From: Euglena gracilis
Taxonomy: Eukaryota
Direction: 5' to 3'
Length of the DNA: 64,000 nt
Assembly (NCBI GenBank): GCA_039621445.1
Contig: CP154954.1
Span: 40,851,572-40,915,571, forward strand
A program made the translations under genes and the position numbers. The number at the start of each line of letters is the position of its first letter. Position 1 is the first letter of the stretch. The notes under the pieces were generated by a model. The model was given only the letters and a program-made list of their open reading frames with translations, had not been told where the DNA came from and searched no databases. Below, piece after piece: positions 38,256 through 50,613 of the stretch.

Positions 38256-41200
38256 TGGCCAAAGCAGGCAAATGGCCAGCGTGGCCGAAGCAAGCAAATG
38301 GCTGCAATCGCGGCCGAAGCAAGCAAATGGCTGCAATCGCGGCCGAAGCAAGCAAATGGCTGCAATCGCGGCCGAAGCAAGCAAACGGCTGCAATCGCGG
38401 CCGAAGCAAGCAAACGGCTGCAATCGCGGCCGAAGCAAGCAAATGGCTGCAAAAGTGGCCGAAGCAAGAAAACGGCTGCAATCGTGGCCGAAGCAAGCAA
38501 ACGACTGCAATCGCAGCCGAAGCAAGTAAATGACCGCCAGTGCGGCCGAAGCAAGCAAATGGCTGCAATTGCGGCCGAAGCAAGCAAATGGCTGCAATCG
38601 CGGCCGAAGCAAGTAAATGACCGCCAGCGCGGCCGAAGCAAGCAAATGGCTGCAATCGCGACCGAAGCAAGCAAATGGCCGGCACGGCTGAAGCAAGCAA
38701 ATGGCTGCAAAGCGTGGCCGGATCAAGCAAATGGCCGGCACGGCTGAAGCAAGCAAATGGGTGCAAAGCGCGGCCGAAGCAAGCAAACGGCCCCCAGCGC
38801 CGGCGGTGCAAGCAAACGGCTGCAAAGTGCGGCCGAAGCAAGCACATGGCTGCAGTCGCGGCCAAAGCAAGCACATGGCTGCAATCGTGGCCAAAGCAAG
38901 CAAATGGCGGCAAACGCGGGAGAAGCAAGCAAATGGCCGGCACGGCCGAAGCAAGCAAATGGCTGCAATCGCGGCCGAAGCAAGCAAACGGATTCCGGCG
39001 TCGCCGAAGCAAGCAAAAGCAAATCGGCCACGCCAGCGCGTGGCCGAATCAAGCAAATGGTCGTCAGCGCGGCCGAAGTAAGCAAACAGCCGCCAGCGGG
39101 CCAAAGCAAGCCAACGGCTGAAAGCAAGCCAACGGCTGCAATTGCGGCCGAAGCAAGCAAATGGCTGGCACTGCCGAATCAAGCAAATGGCCGTCAGCGC
39201 GGCCGAAGCAAGCAAATGGCTGCTGGCATTGCCGAATAAGCAAACGGCTGCTGGCGTGGCCGAATCAAGCAAACGGCTGCAAAGCAAAGCGTGGCCGAAG
39301 CAAGCAAATGGCTGCAAAGCGCGGCCGAAGCAAGCAAATGGCTGCAATCACAGCCGAAGCAAGTAAATGACTGCCAGCGCGGCCGAAGCAAGTAAATGAC
39401 CACCAGCGCGGCCGATGCAAGCAAATGGCCGGCACGATGGCTGACGCAAGCAAATGGCTGCAAAGCTCGGCTGAAGCAAGCAAATGGCTGCAAAGCGCGG
39501 CTGAAGCAAGCAAATGGCTGCAAAGCTCGGCTGAAGCAAGCAAACGGCTGCAATCACGGCTGAAGCAAGCAAACGGCTGCCGGCGTGGCCGAAGAAAGCA
39601 AATGGCTGCAATCGTGTCCGAATCAAGCAAATGGCCGCCGGCGGGTCAAAGCAAGCAAACGGCTGCAATTGCGGCCGAAGCAAGCAAACGGCTGCAGTTG
39701 CGGCCGAAGCAAGCAACATATCTTGACAGCCAAATGCGGCCCGCAGCAACAGGCAGCTTTCCTGTTCATTTTCTGAGGTCGGGGTTGGAGGAAAAAATGG
39801 CAATGACCAAAAGTGGGGTGGAATGCATGGCCAAAGCAGGCAAATGGCCAGCGTGGCCGAAGCAAGCAAATGGCTGCAATCGCGGCCGAAGCAAGCAAAT
39901 GGCTGCAATCGCGGCCGAAGCAAGCAAATGGCTGCAATCGCGGCCGAAGCAAGCAAACGGCTGCAATCGCGGCCGAAGCAAGCAAACGGCTGCAATCGCG
40001 GCCGAAGCAAGCAAACGACTGCAATCGCAGCCGAAGCAAGTAAATGACCGCCAGTGCGGCCGAAGCAAGCAAATGGCTGCAATTGCGGCCGAAGCAAGCA
40101 AATGGCTGCAATCGCGGCCGAAGCAAGTAAATGACCGCCAGCGCGGCCGAAGCAAGCAAATGGCTGCAATCGCGACCGAAGCAAGCAAATGGCTGCAAAG
40201 CTCGGCTGAAGCAAGCAAACGGCTGCAATCACGGCTGAAGCAAGCAAACGGCTGCCGGCGTGGCCGAAGAAAGCAAATGGCTGCAATCGTGTCCGAATCA
40301 AGCAAATGGCCGCCGGCGGGTCAAAGCAAGCAAACGGCTGCAATTGCGGCCGAAGCAAGCAAACGGCTGCAGTTGCGGCCGAAGCAAGCAACATATCTTG
40401 ACAGCCAAATGCGGCCCGCAGCAACAGGCAGCTTTCCTGTTCATTTTCTGAGGTCGGGGTTGGAGGAAAAAATGGCAATGACCAAAAGTGGGGTGGAATG
40501 CATGGCCAAAGCAGGCAAATGGCCAGCGTGGCCGAAGCAAGCAAATGGCTGCAATCGCGGCCGAAGCAAGCAAATGGCTGCAAAAGTGGCCGAAGCAAGC
40601 AAACGGCTGCAATCGTGGCCGAAGCAAGCAAACGACTGCAATCGCAGCCGAAGCAAGTAAATGACCGCCAGTGCGGCCGAAGCAAGCAAATGGCTGCAAT
40701 TGCGGCCGAAGCAAGCAAATGGCTGCAATCGCGGCCGAAGCAAGTAAATGACCGCCAGCGCGGCCGAAGCAAGCAAATGGCTGCAATCGCGACCGAAGCA
40801 AGCAAATGGCCGGCACGGCTGAAGCAAGCAAATGGCTGCAAAGCGTGGCCGGATCAAGCAAATGGCCGGCACGGCTGAAGCAAGCAAATGGGTGCAAAGC
40901 GCGGCCGAAGCAAGCAAACGGCCCCCAGCGCCGGCGGTGCAAGCAAACGGCTGCAAAGTGCGGCCGAAGCAAGCACATGGCTGCAGTCGCGGCCAAAGCA
41001 AGCACATGGCTGCAATCGTGGCCAAAGCAAGCAAATGGCTGCAAACGCGGGAGAAGCAAGCAAATGGCCGGCACGGCCGAAGCAAGCAAATGGCTGCAAT
41101 CGCGGCCGAAGCAAGCAAACGGATTCCGGCGTCGCCGAAGCAAGCAAAAGCAAATCGGCCACGCCAGCGCGTGGCCGAATCAAGCAAATGGTCGTCAGCG

Positions 41201-42100
41201 CGGCCGAAGTAAGCAAACAGCCGCCAGCGGGCCAAAGCAAGCCAACGGCTGAAAGCAAGCCAACGGCTGCAATTGCGGCCGAAGCAAGCAAATGGCTGGC
41301 ACTGCCGAATCAAGCAAATGGCCGTCAGCGCGGCCGAAGCAAGCAAATGGCTGCTGGCATTGCCGAATAAGCAAACGGCTGCTGGCGTGGCCGAATCAAG
41401 CAAACGGCTGCAAAGCAAAGCGTGGCCGAAGCAAGCAAATGGCTGCAAAGCGCGGCCGAAGCAAGCAAATGGCTGCAATCACAGCCGAAGCAAGTAAATG
41501 ACTGCCAGCGCGGCCGAAGCAAGTAAATGACCACCAGCGCGGCCGATGCAAGCAAATGGCCGGCACGATGGCTGACGCAAGCAAATGGCTGCAAAGCTCG
41601 GCTGAAGCAAGCAAATGGCTGCAAAGCGCGGCTGAAGCAAGCAAATGGCTGCAAAGCTCGGCTGAAGCAAGCAAACGGCTGCAATCGCGGCTGAAGCAAG
41701 CAAACGGCTGCCGGCGTGGCCGAAGAAAGCAAATGGCTGCAATCGTGTCCGAATCAAGCAAATGGCCGCCGGCGGGTCAAAGCAAGCAAACGGCTGCAAT
41801 TGCGGCCGAAGCAAGCAAACGGCTGCAGTTGCGGCCGAAGCAAGCAAATGGCCGCAATTGCAGCCGAAGCAAGCAAACGGCCCCCAGCGCCGGCGGTGCA
41901 AGCAAACGGCTGCAAAGTGCGGCCGAAGCAAGCAAATGGCCGCCAGCGCGGCCGAAGCAAGCAAACGGCTGCAATCGCGGCCGAAGCAAGCAAACGGCTG
42001 CAATCGCGGTCGAAGCAAGCAAACGGCCGCCAGCGCGGTTGAAGCAAGCAGATGGCTGCCGGCGTGGCCGAATCAAGCAAATGGCCGCCAGCGCGGTCGA
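38256..42100. repeat. Satellite array, 29-bp unit (GCGGCCGAAGCAAGCAAATGGCTGCAATC), roughly 120 units with higher-order duplications
   Basis: Unit directly visible; ORF-track offsets of 2131 bp (38675/40806) and 675 bp (39585/40260); non-satellite spacer at ~38150, ~39722 and ~40397. Confidence 0.95.
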
Positions 42101-42502
42101 CGTGAAATGGTGGTGAGAGATGGCCTCCGGTGGGCAAAGCACAGGCAGAAGCCACAAAACCAAAGCAAGTGCCCTGCTTGGTGATTACCGTGAAACGGGC
42201 GGTGCCCAAATTTAGGGGCGGGTTATAAGTGCCTGGCGAGCAGTTTCATCGTGTGACGGAACCGACCCATCTTGATAACCATGTTGATGTTTGGCGGTGG
42301 TCATCATTGGGCCACCCACCAGCTGCGTGGCGGTTTTGTGCATTTTTCGATTTTGTTGTTTTTGGAGCAACCCATTCCGGTGGCAGGGTTGTCGCACGGC
42401 ATTTTCTCCATTTTTTGCGCTTTTTGTGCGGGTTTCATTGGGGGGGGTGGCCAGGCGGCAGCAGCGCCACTGCCGGCTGCCGGCGCGGCTGAAGCCCCCG
42501 AC

Positions 42503-43332
42503 AATACCATTGCTTAACACCTGTCCTACCCCCCCCCCCCGGGGGGGTGACTGTTTTTTGGCCCAGAGTCCCGGGGGGGGGGGGGGCTCTGGGTTCTGGG
42601 CTCTGGGGTGGGCCCGAAAATCAAAAAGTAGCTGGCCTGGCGCCAAAGGCGCCGGAATTTTTTTGGATTTTGTGAGATGTTTTGGCAAATTTTCATTGCC
42701 TCCTGAAGAGTGGCTGATCCCCCCGGGGGGCAGGGCAGCATGGGAATCGGCCGAACAGCCAGGGTGGTGGGTGTGGGGGGGGGTCGACCCCCCCCCCCAT
42801 CACCTCTTCCCGTATTTCCGGGAGCACCAATTTTTGGACCCGAAAAAATTTTTCCGGCGCCTGGTGTTTTTTTTTTGACCCACTTTGGGACCCATATGTG
42901 GGGTCCCCCCCAAAACCACCCAAAATCCCATTTTTTTTCACACCTTCCAAAAATTCAACATTTTCTCAAAATGTTGATTTTGAGAGGTTTTTGAAGCAAA
43001 AAATGCCGCTGAAAGTCCAAAAAAGTTCAACAAGAGAAAATGTCAGTAAAATTTGATCTTGCCAAAATTTCGTCCACTTTTTTTGACCTTCGTTTTTTTT
43101 CACCCCCCCCCCTAAAAAGTACCAATTTTTGACCCTGATATTTTTGAGATTTTTTGTGATAAAAATGTGGTTTTCCATAAAAAATTCATGTGTTTTGGGT
43201 TCATTTTTCTGGCCCAAATCCCCGTTTTCCCGAAATCGGTGAAAATGCTGTTGGGGGGTTGACCCCCCCCCACCTGCCGGGTGGGGAGTGGACCACCCCC
43301 CCCCCCCCCGGGGGTTGCTAAGCAATGGTATG
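42503..43332. mobile_element. Composite TIR element
   Basis: ATACCATTGCTTA / TAAGCAATGGTAT; flanks CCCCCGAC / GCCCAGAC (6/8). Confidence 0.55.
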
Positions 43333-43617
43333 GCCCAGACGCCATGGCTCGAGGCCGCCGTGCACTGGGACGTCGCCGGCCTGCAGGCCAGCGCCGCCCG
43401 CAGCGGGCGAAGGAGCCGACGTGCTGCTGCGGTGCCCATGGCGGTGCCTGAAGACCTGAAGGTGTGGCGCTGCCCCGTGTCGATGCATTTCCCCCATCCT
43501 GCCAACCCTCGTCCCCCAACTTTTCTTTGGGTGGAGGTATTTGTCTGTTGCACCCAAACAAAATTTCGCACACAGCCCCACCCCACCTCCCCGTCCGACC
43601 CCCCCCCCACACCAGGC

Positions 43618-44077
43618 CATACAATCACTAAGTCACTGTCCCCCCCCCCCCGGGGGTGGGTGACCGCCAGGCTCCGGCCACCTCCACGCACACAGACAAA
43701 AAAGGGCCAGAGGCGGACAACAGCGGCAACAGGACAACAGAAGAAGGGATAAAAGGCACCAAAAAAAACAGCCACAGTGCACACAGGGGGGTGGGTGACT
43801 GGTTTTTTCAGAGTGACTGACTGGTTTTTGGCCCGGACCCCCCCCCCCCCGGGGGGGTCGGCAAAAACCACAAAGGTCACCCGGCGCTGAAGGCGCGGGA
43901 ATTTTTTTTGGCTTTTTTTTCATGTTTGGGTCCAAATTTCCTTTGGATTTTAGAGTGGCCGACCCCCCCCCCCCCGGGGGCAGTGACTGACTGGCTTCCC
44001 GAAAAAAAAAGTGATTGACTGGTTTAGTGGAGTGACCCCCCCTTCCCCCCCCGGGGGGGTCGGTAAAAAATTGCATG
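43618..44077. mobile_element. hAT-type MITE (GTGACTGACTGG subterminal family, also at ~34262-34568)
   Basis: CATACAAT / ATTGCATG termini; TSD CACCAGGC / CCCCAGGC. Confidence 0.6.
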
Positions 44078-45073
44078 CCCCAGGCCCGTACAGCCCAGGG
44101 TTTTGGGCCCATTTTGTTTTTCCCCCCACCCCCACCCAGGTTGCTACGTTTGAAAACACGGCGATCTGGCACGTGGCGCACACAATTAAATGTGCGAAAA
44201 GCAGGCAGCTGAGCCCGGTGGGGAACCCAGCTGACCTGTTCCCGGGGACACATTGGTTGCATTTGGGCACACCCCATTTCCTGGCATTGTGGAAATCGCT
44301 TAAAATCACGCCCGATTAATTGCTGGAAACTGCCAAAACTTTGCTACCCGGGTGTGGTGTTAATGGGGTTTTGGGGGTCCCCACCCCCCAAAGCTCCCAT
44401 TAACACCAGAACCACTGTTTCATTTCACCCCCAAAAAGCAAAGGCAGTCTTTTGGTGTGAATTGGAACCCCCCAGTTTTTGCTTTCCCTTGGACCCGTTG
44501 TCTGCCGACCACCCGCTTGTAAGGGGACACCTTTTTGGTCACAGTCTCGTGACCGGCAACCATCCTCCCGCAGTCGGAGGGCAGAGGTCACCAGTTGTTG
44601 GACATTGCGAGGGGGGATGTATTTTAAGATTTTTTAATGTTAAGAAGTTTTTAAGGGCGTTCCAAGGGCCGTCCCGGCGTCGAACAGGGTCCAAAATAAA
44701 AAAAGTCCAAAAATGGGTGCTTGACCCCCGCAAGGAGGTCGTGGGTGAGTTTGAGCCAAGGAAATAAGTGCCCCCTGGGGGGTGTTTCCAAGTGAATCCA
44801 TGGTCCAGACCTCCTCTCTCCCCACCTTGGGTGCTTAAAAAAAACCTCTGGCCGGGGCAAAGGTCCACTGGGAGTGGCCATGGTGTCAACAGATCAATCC
44901 GATTTTGCTTGATACTGTAAAAAAAACGCGAATCACATCGAAAATTTTGTGTATCACATGTGTATCAAAGTTTTTTTTGGATTTGTTTGCTGATCGACCT
45001 CCATTTTTTTTACAAGTCGGTTGCCCTGAGCCCTGGGAGCAGGATTTGTGGCGTCATTGGAAGGTTTAGTGTT

Positions 45074-45420
45074 AGGGTTAGGTTTGCCCAGCCTAAAATT
45101 TGGCTAAATTTGGCCAAAACAGACAGGGTCATTTTCTGTCCTGTCTTTGGGACCTGTCTCAGCTTTTTTTCGTTGGGGTTTTGACAGGGCCTGGCCGTTC
45201 CTTGCACACGCGGGGAAACCCAAAGTTGAGCAGGGAAAAAGGAAGATAAAGCCCCCCGACGCTTTGATGAGACACAGGGAGATGTGTCTGAGTTTGGCCT
45301 GATTCGAAGAAAAGCTCTCCACCCCCACAATGGCGCCTCGGTTGCTCGCCCTGTGAATTGGCATTGGGTGGCGTTTGGCGGGCTTTGAGTTTTCGGCGGG
45401 GCGAGTCAAACCCTAACCCT
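45074..45420. mobile_element. Candidate MITE with telomere-repeat-like inverted ends
   Basis: AGGGTTAGGTTTG ... CAAACCCTAACCCT. Confidence 0.4.
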
Positions 45421-45541
45421 GTTCTTTTATACAACCACATAAAACCTCGTTTCTGGACTCATGGCTACCGATTTTGTGAAGAAAAGTGCCTTTTTTTGTG
45501 CGTTGTGTGTGTATCACCAAAAAACTGTTGTGCATCACCAT

Positions 45542-45970
45542 CAGACTTTGTTTAGTACCCCCCCCCCCGGGGGGGCTGGACTGCAGCTAGTCCAAATTTG
45601 GCTAGTGGGATTTCTAGCAGACCCCCCCCCCCCTTGCTAGCAGGGCTAGCTAGTGGAAAAAAATTTTCCAGTGACCGGCGCGAAGCACCGAAAATTTTTT
45701 TGGGACCCCCCAATGGCCAAAAATGCCCGTTTTTGGCCATTTTTGGGAATTTTTGGAACAAAACCAGCCAAAAACCTATTAAAAACCTCGTTTTTCCTCC
45801 GGCGCGCAACGCTGGAGGAAATTTTTTTTCCAGTCCGGGAAACCGCCGGACCCTCTCCCCGGCTAGCTAAACCCCCCCCCCCCGGGGGGGTTTAGCTAGT
45901 CCACTTTTTCCAGTGTCTAGCCGATTGGCTGGCCAGTACCCCCCCCCCCGGGTCCTTAAGCAAAAGCCTG
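45542..45970. mobile_element. hAT-type MITE
   Basis: CAGACTTTGTTTAG / CTTAAGCAAAAGCCTG; perfect 8-bp TSD ATCACCAT; internal GCTAGT repeats. Confidence 0.85.
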
Positions 45971-46299
45971 ATCACCATGAATGTTTGCAATGAAGGCCAG
46001 TGATTGCAAGGGCAGTGTTGTCTTTTTCTTTGTCTTGTTTCCTGTTTTGAGGGGATTGTCGGTGCAAAGTGTTGAAATGTTCTGCCCAAAGGTGTGCCCC
46101 ATTGCGGGCGAGAAATGGCGGAAGTCAGTCACACGGGCCGACCCAGCCACTGATGGGCGTGACTGACGTCTTGGTTCGGCTGGCTCCCACGGCCAGAATG
46201 ATTTGCAAATAAAAAGTGGCAGATTGTTTATCTTTGAAATTTGAAAGCGTTGGTTGGCACCAGTGTGGTCGTGGCACGTGGGGGTGGGGGTGGGGGTGG

Positions 46300-49200
46300 G
46301 GGTTGGTGGGGGTGGGTGGGTGGGTGGTTGTGCATGTGTTTTTGATTGTCTCATACCGTTCACCTCCGCATTCTCAGGTGATGAAACGGCAGATGGAGGA
46401 GGGGCAGGATGTGCATTTTCGTTCCCCCACAAGAAGCAGTTACTGGACCTTGGTGGCTGCAGCAGGATGGCTTTCAAGCCCCGTTTTGAGATATTCCGGA
46501 TGCTTTGGGTGTTCGCCAACAAGGAGGTGCAGTACCCGCACCCCAGGGATGTATGGGAAGCCCTTTGGGTTTTGGGGCAGATGGTGCGGTGGAAGGGGGT
46601 CCCAACCCCCCCCCCCCCGCCCCCCAGCGGGGTGAGGTGGTTGGGTCCAGACCCCCCTTGGTTCCAAAAATATCGAACAGTTTTCTGCCAGCGCTGCATT
46701 TCAGAAAATGCAAAAATTTGCTCCCCCCCTCATTTTTCAGGACATTGCACATTGTCAATGCTTTGATGTTTTCCGCATGAAAAAAAAATGGATTCAAATT
46801 AGCATTTTTTTGTGTTTATTTTAAAGAATAACCAAACACTTTTTTTTGAACAGTTTTGGTTTGTCATCCAACCATGACAGTCCATATGATGGAAAATTTT
46901 CCGAGCATTTACATTTCGCAGTCGCAGGCGGGGTACAACCCTCCCCCTCCCGTGTTCGGAGGGGGGGGGGTTGGACTCCCCCTCGGCTTCCCATACACCC
47001 CTGCCGCACCCAAAGGACAGTTCTTCCCCGAGGTGTGGCAATGCTGTTATGCTGTCAAGGGCTCTAGGGGGGGGGGGGGCACTTTTGCTGTCGGAGGACT
47101 GACTGGTTTTTTTTTCCAGAGTGACTCTTTGTTGTTTTGCCCAGTTCTTTTAGTCTTGGACCCCTGGGGGGGTAGGGTAGGTCGGTGGGTCCAGCCGAGC
47201 CCCCCCCCCCCCCACCGCGCTGGGGGATATACTTTTCGGCGCCACAGGCGCTGAAAATTTTTGAAACAGGAGCTTTCGTGATTTTTTTGGCCATTTTCGC
47301 GGAAAAGTGTGTGGGTCCCAGTGTGTGGAGTGGGGTGGAGGACCCCTCCTCCCCACGGTCTTAAAAAAAAAACCCTGTGTCCAGTCCCCCGCCCCCCCCA
47401 GGGTTTTTGGAAGAGAGGAAGTGACCATACGTATGGGGTGGGGGAGGGAGGCTGTGTGTGTGTGCATGTGTTTTTTATGGTGTCCACCACTGTACATCTT
47501 TTCATTCTCAGGTGAAGAAACGGCAGATGGAGGAGGGGCAGAAAGTGCATTTTCGTTCCCCCACAAGAAGCAGTTACTGGACCTTGGTGGCTGCAGCAGG
47601 ATGGCTTTCAAGTCCCGTATTGAGATATTCCGGACGTTCTGAGTGTTCCCCAACAAGGAGGTGCAGTACACGCACCCCAGGGATGTATGGGAAGCCTTTC
47701 GGTTTTGGGGCAGATGGTGGGTGGGGGGGTCCCAACCCAGCGCCAGGCCAGAAGAAGGGATAAAAGGCACCAAAAAAAAACAGCCACAGTGCACACAGGG
47801 GGTCCCAACCCCCACCCCCCAGCGGGGTGAGGTGGTTGGGTCCAGACCCCCCTTGGTTCCAAAAATATCGAACAGTTTTCTGCCAGCGCTGCATTTCAGA
47901 AAATGCAAAAATTTGCTTCCCACCCTCATTTTTCAGGAATGCTTTGATGTTTTCCGCATGAAAAAAAAATGGATTCAAATTAGCATTTTTTTGTGTTTAT
48001 TTTAAAGAAGAACCAAACACTTTTTTTTGAACAGTTTTGGTTTGTCATCCAACCATGACAGTCCATATGATGGAAAATTTTCCGAGCATTTACATTTCGC
48101 AGTCGCAGGCGGGGTACAACCCTCCCCCTCCCGTGTTCGGAGGGGGGGGGGGTTGGACTCCCCCTCGGCTTCCCATACACCCCTGCCGCACCCAAAGGAC
48201 AGTTCTTCCCCGAGGTGTGGCAATGCTGTTATGCTGTCAAGGGCTCTAGGGGGGGGGGGCACTTTTGCTGTTGGAGGACTGACTGGTTTTTTTTTCCAGA
48301 GTGACTCTTTGTTGTTTTGCCCAGTTCTTTTAGTCTTGGACCCCTGGGGGGGTAGGGTAGGTCGGTGGGTCCAGCCGAGCCCCCCCCCCCCACCGCGCTG
48401 GGGGATATACTTTTCGGCGCCACAGGCGCTGAAAATTTTTGAAACAGGAGCTTTCGTGATTTTTTTGGCCATTTTCGCGGAAAAGTGTGTGGGTCCCAGT
48501 GTGTGGAGTGGGGTGGAGGACCCCTCCTCCCCACGGTCTTAAAAAAAAAACCCTGTGTCCAGTCCCCCTCCCCCCCCCAGGGTTTTTGGAAGAGAGGAAG
48601 TGACCATACGTATGTGGGGGTGGGGGTGGGTGGCTGTGTGTGTGTGCATGTGTTTTTTATGGTGTCCACCACTGTACATCTTTTCATTCTCAGGTGAAGA
48701 AACGGCAGATGGAGGAGGGGCAGAAAGTGCATTTTCGTTCCCCCACAAGAAGCAGTTACTGGACCTTGGTGGCTGCAGCAGGATGGCTTTCAAGTCCCGT
48801 ATTGAGATATTCCGGACGTTCTGAGTGTTCCCCAACAAGGAGGTGCAGTACACGCACCCCAGGGATGTATGGGAAGCCTTTCGGTTTTGGGGCAGATGGT
48901 GGGTGGGGGGGTCCCAACCCAGCGCCAGGCCAGAAGAAGGGATAAAAGGCACCAAAAAAAAACAGCCACAGTGCACACAGGGGGTCCCAACCCCCACCCC
49001 CCAGCGGGGTGAGGTGGTTGGGTCCAGACCCCCCTTGGTTCCAAAAATATCGAACAGTTTTCTGCCAGCGCTGCATTTCAGAAAATGCAAAAATTTGCTT
49101 CCCACCCTCATTTTTCAGGAATGCTTTGATGTTTTCCGCATGAAAAAAAAATGGATTCAAATTAGCATTTTTTTGTGTTTATTTTAAAGAAGAACCAAAC

Positions 49201-50613
49201 ACTTTTTTTTGAACAGTTTTGGTTTGTCATCCAACCATGACAGTCCATATGATGGAAAATTTTCCGAGCATTTACATTTCGCAGTCGCAGGCGGGGTACA
49301 ACCCTCCCCCTCCCGTGTTCGGAGGGGGGGGGGGTTGGACTCCCCCTCGGCTTCCCATACACCCCTGCCGCACCCAAAGGACAGTTCTTCCCCGAGGTGT
49401 GGCAATGCTGTTATGCTGTCAAGGGCTCTAGGGGGGGGGGGGGCACTTTTGCTGTTGGAGGACTGACTGGTTTTTTTTTCCAGAGTGACTCTTTGTTGTT
49501 TTGCCCAGTTCTTTTAGTCTTGGACCCCTGGGGGGGTAGGGTAGGTCGGTGGGTCCAGCCGAGCCCCCCCCCCCCCACCGCGCTGGGGGATATACTTTTC
49601 GGCGCCACAGGCGCTGAAAATTTTTGAAACAGGAGCTTTCGTGATTTTTTTGGCCATTTTCGCGGAAAAGTGTGTGGGTCCCAGTGTGTGGAGTGGGGTG
49701 GAGGACCCCTCCTCCCCACGGTCTTAAAAAAAAAACCCTGTGTCCAGTCCCCCTCCCCCCCCAGGGTTTTTGGAAGAGAGGAAGTGACCATACGTATGTG
49801 GGGGTGGGGGTGGGTGGCTGTGTGTGTGTGCATGTGTTTTTTATGGTGTCCACCACTGTACATCTTTTCATTCTCAGGTGAAGAAACGGCAGATGGAGGA
49901 GGGGCAGAAAGTGCATTTTCGTTCCCCCACAAGAAGCAGTTACTGGACCTTGGTGGCTGCAGCAGGATGGCTTTCAAGTCCCGTATTGAGATATTCCGGA
50001 CGTTCTGAGTGTTCCCCAACAAGGAGGTGCAGTACACGCACCCCAGGGATGTATGGGAAGCCTTTCGATTTTGGGGCAGATGGTGGGTGGGGGGGTCCCA
50101 ACCCAGCGCCAGGCCAGAAGAAGGGATAAAAGGCACCAAAAAAAAACAGCCACAGTGCACACAGGGGGTCCCAACCCCCACCCCCCAGCGGGGTGAGGTG
50201 GTTGGGTCCAGACCCCCCTTGGTTCCAAAAATATCGAACAGTTTTCTGCCAGCGCTGCATTTCAGAAAATGCAAAAATTTGCTTCCCACCCTCATTTTTC
50301 AGGAATGCTTTGATGTTTTCCGCATGAAAAAAAAAATGGATTCAAATGAGCATTTTTTGTGTTTATTTTAAAGAAGAACCAAACACTTTTTTTGAACAGT
50401 TTTGGTTTGTCATCCAGCCAATGACAGTCCATACGATGGAAAATTTTCCGAGCATTTACATTTCGCAGTCGCAGGTGGGGTACAACCCTCCCCCTCCCGT
50501 GTTCGGAGGGGGGGGGGGTTGGACTCCCCCTCGGCTTCCCATACATCCCTGCCGCACCCAAAGGACGGTTCTTCTCCGAGGTGTGGCAATGCTGTTATGC
50601 TGTCAAGGGCTCT
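46300..50613. repeat. Tandem array of a ~1182-bp unit (three near-identical copies plus one diverged partial copy)
   Basis: Matching ORFs at 47458, 48640 and 49824; junction tgtcaagggctct at ~47053, ~48235, ~49417 and ~50601. Confidence 0.95.

Noticed and set aside
38256-42100. CRISPR-like array (constant block alternating with variable block)
   Set aside because: The variable parts are short, related to one another and recurrent rather than unique spacers; no cas genes; eukaryotic transposon context
37805-42209. Long ORFs of up to ~497 aa across the satellite
   Set aside because: Translations of a stop-poor 29-bp repeat, open in many frames on both strands
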